Positions 59,265 to 64,000 of a stretch of DNA of 64,000 nt are shown here, one piece after another. Source of the stretch: a bacterium (lineage in GTDB: Bacteria; Zhuqueibacterota; Zhuqueibacteria; Residuimicrobiales; Krinioviventaceae); assembly GCA_963675755.2 (NCBI GenBank), contig CAXXMD010000002.1, positions 96,001 to 160,000 on the forward strand, given 5' to 3'. Within the stretch, counting starts at the first letter, position 1. The number at the start of each line of letters is the position of its first letter. A program made the position numbers and the translations under genes. The notes under the pieces were generated by a model. That model made no database searches. It was not told the origin of the DNA and saw only the letters and a list, made by a program, of their open reading frames with translations.

Positions 59265-61388
59265 ATGAAAAAGATAATACTACTGCTGCTAATTTTTACC
59301 TCATTCATCTATGCAAATGTTAAAAGTACGGATACTTTTTTACAGGAATCGAGCGAGATCTATACAGGAAAAACTTTTCCTGCAACGATTGTTAATCAAA
59401 TTGTTTTAAAAAATAATGGCAATCCCATTGCTATTACGTCTAATGGGAATTTTGTGTTTGATGGTAAAGACTGGGTTACCTGTACAGATAAAGTTGATAT
59501 TGATGTAGATAATAAAGATATCAACTTTCCAAAAGAGTACGGGCAAATCCTTTCAAATGTTGAATTTAATAATAAGATGTTTGTGGGAACTGAAAAAGGA
59601 TTATTTGTTTTTGAAAATAATAACTGGGCAAAAGTATACCCTTTTGATGAAAAGTTTAGTTGGAGTTTAAATCATGTAACTGTTTTGGGAATAGATTCTA
59701 ACAATCGACTCTGGTTTGGTTCAAAACAGGGAGCAGGAGTTCTGGAAAATGGTGCCTGGACACTTTATACCGGTTCAGAAGGATTACCCGTGAAACAGTT
59801 TACTTGTATTACAGCTGATAAACGAGGGAATGTCTGGTTTGGAACTGAAAGTGGCGTTGTTCGATCGGATGGCAAATCCTTCAGATATCGATTCAGCAGA
59901 CGCTGGCTGCCTGATGATCATGTAAATGATATTGTTATTGATGAAAAAGGAGCGGCATGGATTGCTACCAATAATGGTGTTAGCAAGATTTACTTTGCTG
60001 AACTGAGTTATGAGCAAAAAGCTGATTATTTTACAGATCAGGTAGAAACACGTCACAATCGTGATGGCTTTATTTGTCAGAATAAATTGTTTGAGCAATA
60101 TCAAAAAGAACCATACCGACTTGATATTTCTGACAATGATGGAACTTATACTGCAAAGTATGGAGCCGCACAGGTATTCCGTTATGCGGTTACGGGAGAC
60201 AAGCAGGCGCGTGAATTGGCACTGCGCAGTTTTATGGCCTGTAAGTGGTTGACGGAAATTACACATGAATCAGGATTCCCGGCCCGTGTAATCATTCCTG
60301 TGGATTGGCCCGATCCTGTAAATGAAATTTATAATGATGCTTATAATAAAAAACGATTGGAACGTGATCCTTTCTGGAAACAGATCTTACCACGATTTGT
60401 AAAAAGTAAAGACGGTAAATATCTATGGAAATGTGATACCAGCTCAGACGAACTTGCAGGACATTATTTCTTTTATGCATTGTTTTATGATCTTGCGGCA
60501 GAAACAGAGCATGAAAAAGAGATGGTAAGAAAAGTTGTTAAAGATGTAACTGATCACCTTATACGCAATGGATTTTTATTACGCGATCATGATGGCAAGC
60601 CTACACGCTGGGCAGACTTTTCCCCGGAATTTGTAAACTCGGAAAGAGGATGGGACCAACGCGGTTTGAATTCAATGATGATGTTGTCATTTTTAAATGT
60701 GGCTTATCATGTGACCGGAGATCACAAATATAAAGATACAGCCAAAATGTTAATGGATGAACACAATTATCATATAAACGCCATGCAGGCTAAAATGTTT
60801 TTCCCTCCAGAAGATGTGGTTCCCTGGGATAATAACCTGTGTCTAACCAGTATGTACGGTTTGATAAAGTATGAAGAGGATCCTGAATTATTATTAATGT
60901 ATAGAGAAAGTTTAGAGAATGCCTGGCTGCATATCAGTAAACAAAAGAATGCATTATGGAATGTACTTTATGCAGCAATGACAGATCATTTTAAAAAGAC
61001 AGTTGAAACGGGTGTGTATGAAACTGGTCAGGTTTTTCCTGAATCAGGTCCCTTTGCTTCTTTTACCGCCAGACAATACAGTAATGCTGATTACCGATAT
61101 GATGATATCATTGAATCTCTGACATTATTACCGTTGGATCTGATTGGGTATGACATGGACAATACGCATCGTCTGGATGTCGTTTTTGATCCTACTCCCG
61201 GTCAATCTCCGGATATGGGTTGGCATTATGATGGCTATGCTCTACCCATTGATGAACGCGGCCATGTCCGTCAGGACCGTGATGGCTTTGCTTTACACGC
61301 CTTTGAAGGTGGAGGGTTCCAGGAGCAGGAAGGAACTTTTTATCTGTTACCGTATTATATGGCAAGATATTATGGATTAATTGATTAG
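59265..61388 (+). CDS. Secreted protein: two-component-regulator-type beta-propeller plus uncharacterised (alpha/alpha)6-like domain
   Basis: Signal peptide; repeats D..GN.WFGT..G and LPDD.V..I; C-terminal DNDG..T..Y, WKCDTSSDE..GH and D.DGKPTRW. Confidence 0.7.
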   Translation: MKKIILLLLIFTSFIYANVKSTDTFLQESSEIYTGKTFPATIVNQIVLKNNGNPIAITSNGNFVFDGKDWVTCTDKVDIDVDNKDINFPKEYGQILSNVEFNNKMFVGTEKGLFVFENNNWAKVYPFDEKFSWSLNHVTVLGIDSNNRLWFGSKQGAGVLENGAWTLYTGSEGLPVKQFTCITADKRGNVWFGTESGVVRSDGKSFRYRFSRRWLPDDHVNDIVIDEKGAAWIATNNGVSKIYFAELSYEQKADYFTDQVETRHNRDGFICQNKLFEQYQKEPYRLDISDNDGTYTAKYGAAQVFRYAVTGDKQARELALRSFMACKWLTEITHESGFPARVIIPVDWPDPVNEIYNDAYNKKRLERDPFWKQILPRFVKSKDGKYLWKCDTSSDELAGHYFFYALFYDLAAETEHEKEMVRKVVKDVTDHLIRNGFLLRDHDGKPTRWADFSPEFVNSERGWDQRGLNSMMMLSFLNVAYHVTGDHKYKDTAKMLMDEHNYHINAMQAKMFFPPEDVVPWDNNLCLTSMYGLIKYEEDPELLLMYRESLENAWLHISKQKNALWNVLYAAMTDHFKKTVETGVYETGQVFPESGPFASFTARQYSNADYRYDDIIESLTLLPLDLIGYDMDNTHRLDVVFDPTPGQSPDMGWHYDGYALPIDERGHVRQDRDGFALHAFEGGGFQEQEGTFYLLPYYMARYYGLID

Positions 61389-61403
61389 GCTGTTGGAGTA
61401 AGT

Positions 61404-62762
61404 ATGTTGAAAAAAATATTCAAAATTTCTATCAGGATTGTATTGGTACTGCTTTTAATTATTGTACTTTTTTTATCGGCATGCCTTAGAAGAATTGATT
61501 ATCGTCCATATCAGGAAAGTAATTATTATGAAACTACAATCCGGCAGCTTGATGATATAGTCAAAGATCAACCTGATACTACACCGGATACTTTGTACAT
61601 GGGCGCAGGCAAAGCTGGTTTAACACCACCGGTTGGCTTGCCTTTGGCCGGTTTTGGTAACCGTAAAGGAACACCTTCAACCGGAGTGCATGATAGTTTA
61701 TATGTACGGATTATTGCGTTAAAGAGTGGAGCACAGAATGTCTTTATAGTAGGTTATGATGCACTTTTACTTCACCCTCCAATAGCCAGAATGTTTGAAG
61801 AAAAAGCAAAACAAACATTGAATGTTGAACCTGAATCGTTTTTTTATACTGCCACACATTCACACTCGGGACCGGGAGGGTGGGGAAGTGGCTTTGTTGA
61901 GGAACAATTTTCAGGACCGTTTGATTCTACCATTGTTCACATTCTTGTCGATAGCACTTTGGCTGCGGTTTCCCGTGCAAAGGTAAATTTGCATCCATCA
62001 TCCTTTACCGTACAATCAGTTCATGCACCTGAATTTATTCGGAATCGTCTAGTTGGTGATAAGGGACAAATTGATGCTGATTTGATCTTTGCAGCATTCC
62101 AGTCTGATAATGGACAAAATTCTATTTTCGCAACTTATTCAGCACATGCCACCGTTTTACCGGGAAGCAATATGCTATTTAGCGGTGATTATCCAGGTTA
62201 CATGGAACGCAAGGTTGAATCAGAATGGGACGCAACATGTCTGTTTGCTGCGGCAGGTTTAGGAAGTCATAGTAATAAAGGCAAGGGAGAAAAGTTTGAT
62301 AAAGCATCATATATTGGTGAGGGACTTGCGGACAGCTTGATGAATCATTTGCCGGCAAAATTTAATTCGAATCAAGCAGTTTTAAAAGTACTAAGAGTAC
62401 CAGTAACAAAGCCCCGATTACAGATTAAAATCAATAATGATATTTGCCTGGCACCGTGGTTTGCAAAACGATTTTTTAAACCGTACGATGCATATTTGCA
62501 GTTTATTGTATTGAATGATTTTATTATGATTGGCAGTCCGGGTGAATTTAGCGGCGAACTGGCCCTGGAAGTTAAACAATATGCTGCTCAACATGGAAAA
62601 ACAGCAACAGTAACCAGTTTTAATGGGTGTTATATGGGCTATGTTACACCCTCTAAATATTATCATCTTGATGAATACGAGACAAAATTAATGAGCTGGT
62701 ATGGTCCCTGGTCTGGTGATTATCTCGCTGAATTGATGAAGCAAATGATTGATCGATTGTAA
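61404..62762 (+). CDS. Neutral/alkaline non-lysosomal ceramidase N-terminal-domain protein
   Basis: LAGFG.R, HDSLYVR, ATHSHSGP, Y.AHAT, SGDYPG, PGE and N..Y.GY. Confidence 0.82.
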   Translation: MLKKIFKISIRIVLVLLLIIVLFLSACLRRIDYRPYQESNYYETTIRQLDDIVKDQPDTTPDTLYMGAGKAGLTPPVGLPLAGFGNRKGTPSTGVHDSLYVRIIALKSGAQNVFIVGYDALLLHPPIARMFEEKAKQTLNVEPESFFYTATHSHSGPGGWGSGFVEEQFSGPFDSTIVHILVDSTLAAVSRAKVNLHPSSFTVQSVHAPEFIRNRLVGDKGQIDADLIFAAFQSDNGQNSIFATYSAHATVLPGSNMLFSGDYPGYMERKVESEWDATCLFAAAGLGSHSNKGKGEKFDKASYIGEGLADSLMNHLPAKFNSNQAVLKVLRVPVTKPRLQIKINNDICLAPWFAKRFFKPYDAYLQFIVLNDFIMIGSPGEFSGELALEVKQYAAQHGKTATVTSFNGCYMGYVTPSKYYHLDEYETKLMSWYGPWSGDYLAELMKQMIDRL

Positions 62763-62800
62763 AAAAAAAGGAGAAAAAAGCTACTCGATGAAATAAATAT

Positions 62801-62828
62801 TTGCATTTAAAAAATAAAATGTTATATT
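62801..62828 (+). promoter_or_regulatory. Sigma70 promoter of the tRNA gene
   Basis: TTGCAT-N16-TATATT with extended -10 TG, 15 nt upstream of the tRNA. Confidence 0.6.
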
Positions 62829-62843
62829 TATCACTGCTTAACA

Positions 62844-62916
62844 GGGCCCATAGCTCAACGGTTAGAGCAACGGACTCATAATCCGCAGGTTCGGGGTTCA
62901 AATCCCTGTGGGCCCA
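62844..62916 (+). tRNA. tRNA with CAT anticodon, most likely tRNA-Ile2 (lysidine-modified)
   Basis: GGGCCCA/TGGGCCC acceptor stem, D-arm TAGCTCAACGGTTAGAGC, anticodon loop CTCATAA and T-loop GGTTCAAATCC. No initiator features; CCA not encoded. Confidence 0.92.
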
Positions 62917-62924
62917 CATATACT

Positions 62925-62958
62925 GCCCTTAATTCTACTAGAGTTAAGGGCTTTTTTT
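62925..62958 (+). terminator. Rho-independent terminator after the tRNA
   Basis: GCCCTTAATTCT-ACT-AGAGTTAAGGGC followed by a T-run. Confidence 0.8.
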
Positions 62959-63174
62959 ATATATTTATTTTTAACCTTTCAATTATTGAAATATCTCCAA
63001 AGTATTGGCCTCCTTATTAATTCTCATTTATGTATTCGAAATGTATACAAATGTCTTTAGTAAAAAAATGCATAGGTCTAGTTTATTTGTTTTTCTTGAG
63101 GTTTATTACTGTTTTCAATCGTCAACTGTGTAAATCTTGATTGATTATATTAAATTTTTTGGCTAATATCTTAG

Positions 63175-63696
63175 ATGTGTGATTTTCTTAAAATAGCAAA
63201 CAATGATGCCAAAGAATTCAAAAAAATGTTTGAGCATTATTACGAACCGCTGGTAGAATATGCCTGTTATTATGTGGGGGACCAAGATACGGCAGAAAAC
63301 ATCGCCCAGGACGTGTTTGTCAATATCTGGAAAAACCGCCAAAAGATCAAGTTAAAGAAAACACTAAAGATCTACTTGTTTTCGGCAATCAAGAAAACCG
63401 CACTCAGGGCCATTAGGGACAGGAATACCCGAAACAAATATTTTACAAGCCTTTCTTCGGAAATTGAGATGTCTGAATCTCCCAATGATAATGTGATTAT
63501 TAAAGAACTGGAATCCGCAATAGAGAACGCTATCAATCAACTGCCTGAAAAGGGACGTCTTATCTTCTGCATGAACCGGTTTGATGGATTGACCTATGTA
63601 GAGATTGCCGATATATTGGGAATATCCGTTAAAACGGTTGAAACACACATGTTCCGCGCGTTACAGTTTCTTCGCAAAAACATTTCTCAAATTTAA
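63175..63696 (+). CDS. ECF sigma-70 factor (FecI-like/Bacteroidetes expansion type)
   Basis: AENIAQDVF..IW, YLF.A.K, LP....IF.M.R.DGL.Y.EIA..LGISVKTVE.H..RAL. Confidence 0.92.
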   Translation: MCDFLKIANNDAKEFKKMFEHYYEPLVEYACYYVGDQDTAENIAQDVFVNIWKNRQKIKLKKTLKIYLFSAIKKTALRAIRDRNTRNKYFTSLSSEIEMSESPNDNVIIKELESAIENAINQLPEKGRLIFCMNRFDGLTYVEIADILGISVKTVETHMFRALQFLRKNISQI

Positions 63697-63812
63697 TTCA
63701 AAAAAAATAAAAAAAATTCATTTTCATGTCAGGGTAAGCCCTGTTTGATGAATCATTATAGTAGAGTAAATCATTACTAAATGTCATTTGATGTCTATTA
63801 AAGGGTAAATTA

Positions 63813-64000
63813 ATGTTCAAACGAAAGAGACAAATCATTCTTCGCTACCTGGCCAATGAATGTTCCTTAAAGGAAATTCAAATGGTTGAGCAATGGATGA
63901 ACGCGGACCCGGAATTTAAAAAAGAAATTGAATCAATGAAACAAATCTGGAATATCCAGAAAAAACAAAAATTAAATATCAACATGAATGCCGCATGGGA
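63813..64000 (+). CDS. FecR-like anti-sigma factor, N-terminal part (truncated by window end)
   Basis: Manual translation MFKRKRQIILRYLANECSLKEIQMVEQWMNADPEFKKEIESMKQIW; directly downstream of the ECF sigma gene. Confidence 0.75.
   Translation, partial: MFKRKRQIILRYLANECSLKEIQMVEQWMNADPEFKKEIESMKQIWNIQKKQKLNINMNAAW

Noticed and set aside
62844-62916. Initiator tRNA-fMet
   Set aside because: G1-C72 is paired and the anticodon stem lacks three consecutive G-C pairs.
1-64000. Prophage, IS transposase, rRNA or defence-system genes
   Set aside because: None of the translated ORFs shows recognisable motifs for these.

Overview
A 64-kb, AT-rich chromosomal window from a Gram-negative bacterium. 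It is probably an FCB-superphylum lineage such as KSB1 or Calditrichota; this is inferred from the NYPNPFNP FlgD-Ig/T9SS-like C-terminal domain, AGGAG Shine-Dalgarno sites and sigma70-type promoters. Contents in order: (1) a ~20-kb secreted/lipoprotein CAZyme cluster (partial purple-acid-phosphatase-like gene, GH16, two GH3, GH32, two GH92, two unassigned (alpha/alpha)6 proteins) containing REP-like palindromes and an AT-rich lipoprotein gene bracketed by a 77-bp direct repeat; (2) a DoxX-aldo/keto-reductase fusion, a frameshifted ECF sigma factor, a beta-helix secreted protein, a CE15-like esterase, a CapK/PaaK-like ligase and a small OM barrel; (3) a hypABFCDE hydrogenase-maturation operon with no hydrogenase genes in the window; (4) a complete alternative complex III plus A2-type caa3 oxidase operon with ctaB, ctaA and two SCO genes; (5) a PHP-domain gene, then GT4, a POTRA-less Omp85 barrel and a signal-peptide-bearing HipA-like kinase; (6) a degenerate sigma54-activator-like regulator divergent from an aldolase, propeller/(alpha/alpha)6 and ceramidase-like operon; (7) tRNA-Ile2(CAU), an ECF sigma factor and the start of a FecR-like gene. 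The best candidates for undescribed systems are the Omp85 plus exported atypical kinase pair, the repeat-flanked single-gene cassette and the DoxX/twin-arginine/AKR fusion. All family assignments come from motif recognition by eye; no database searches were run.
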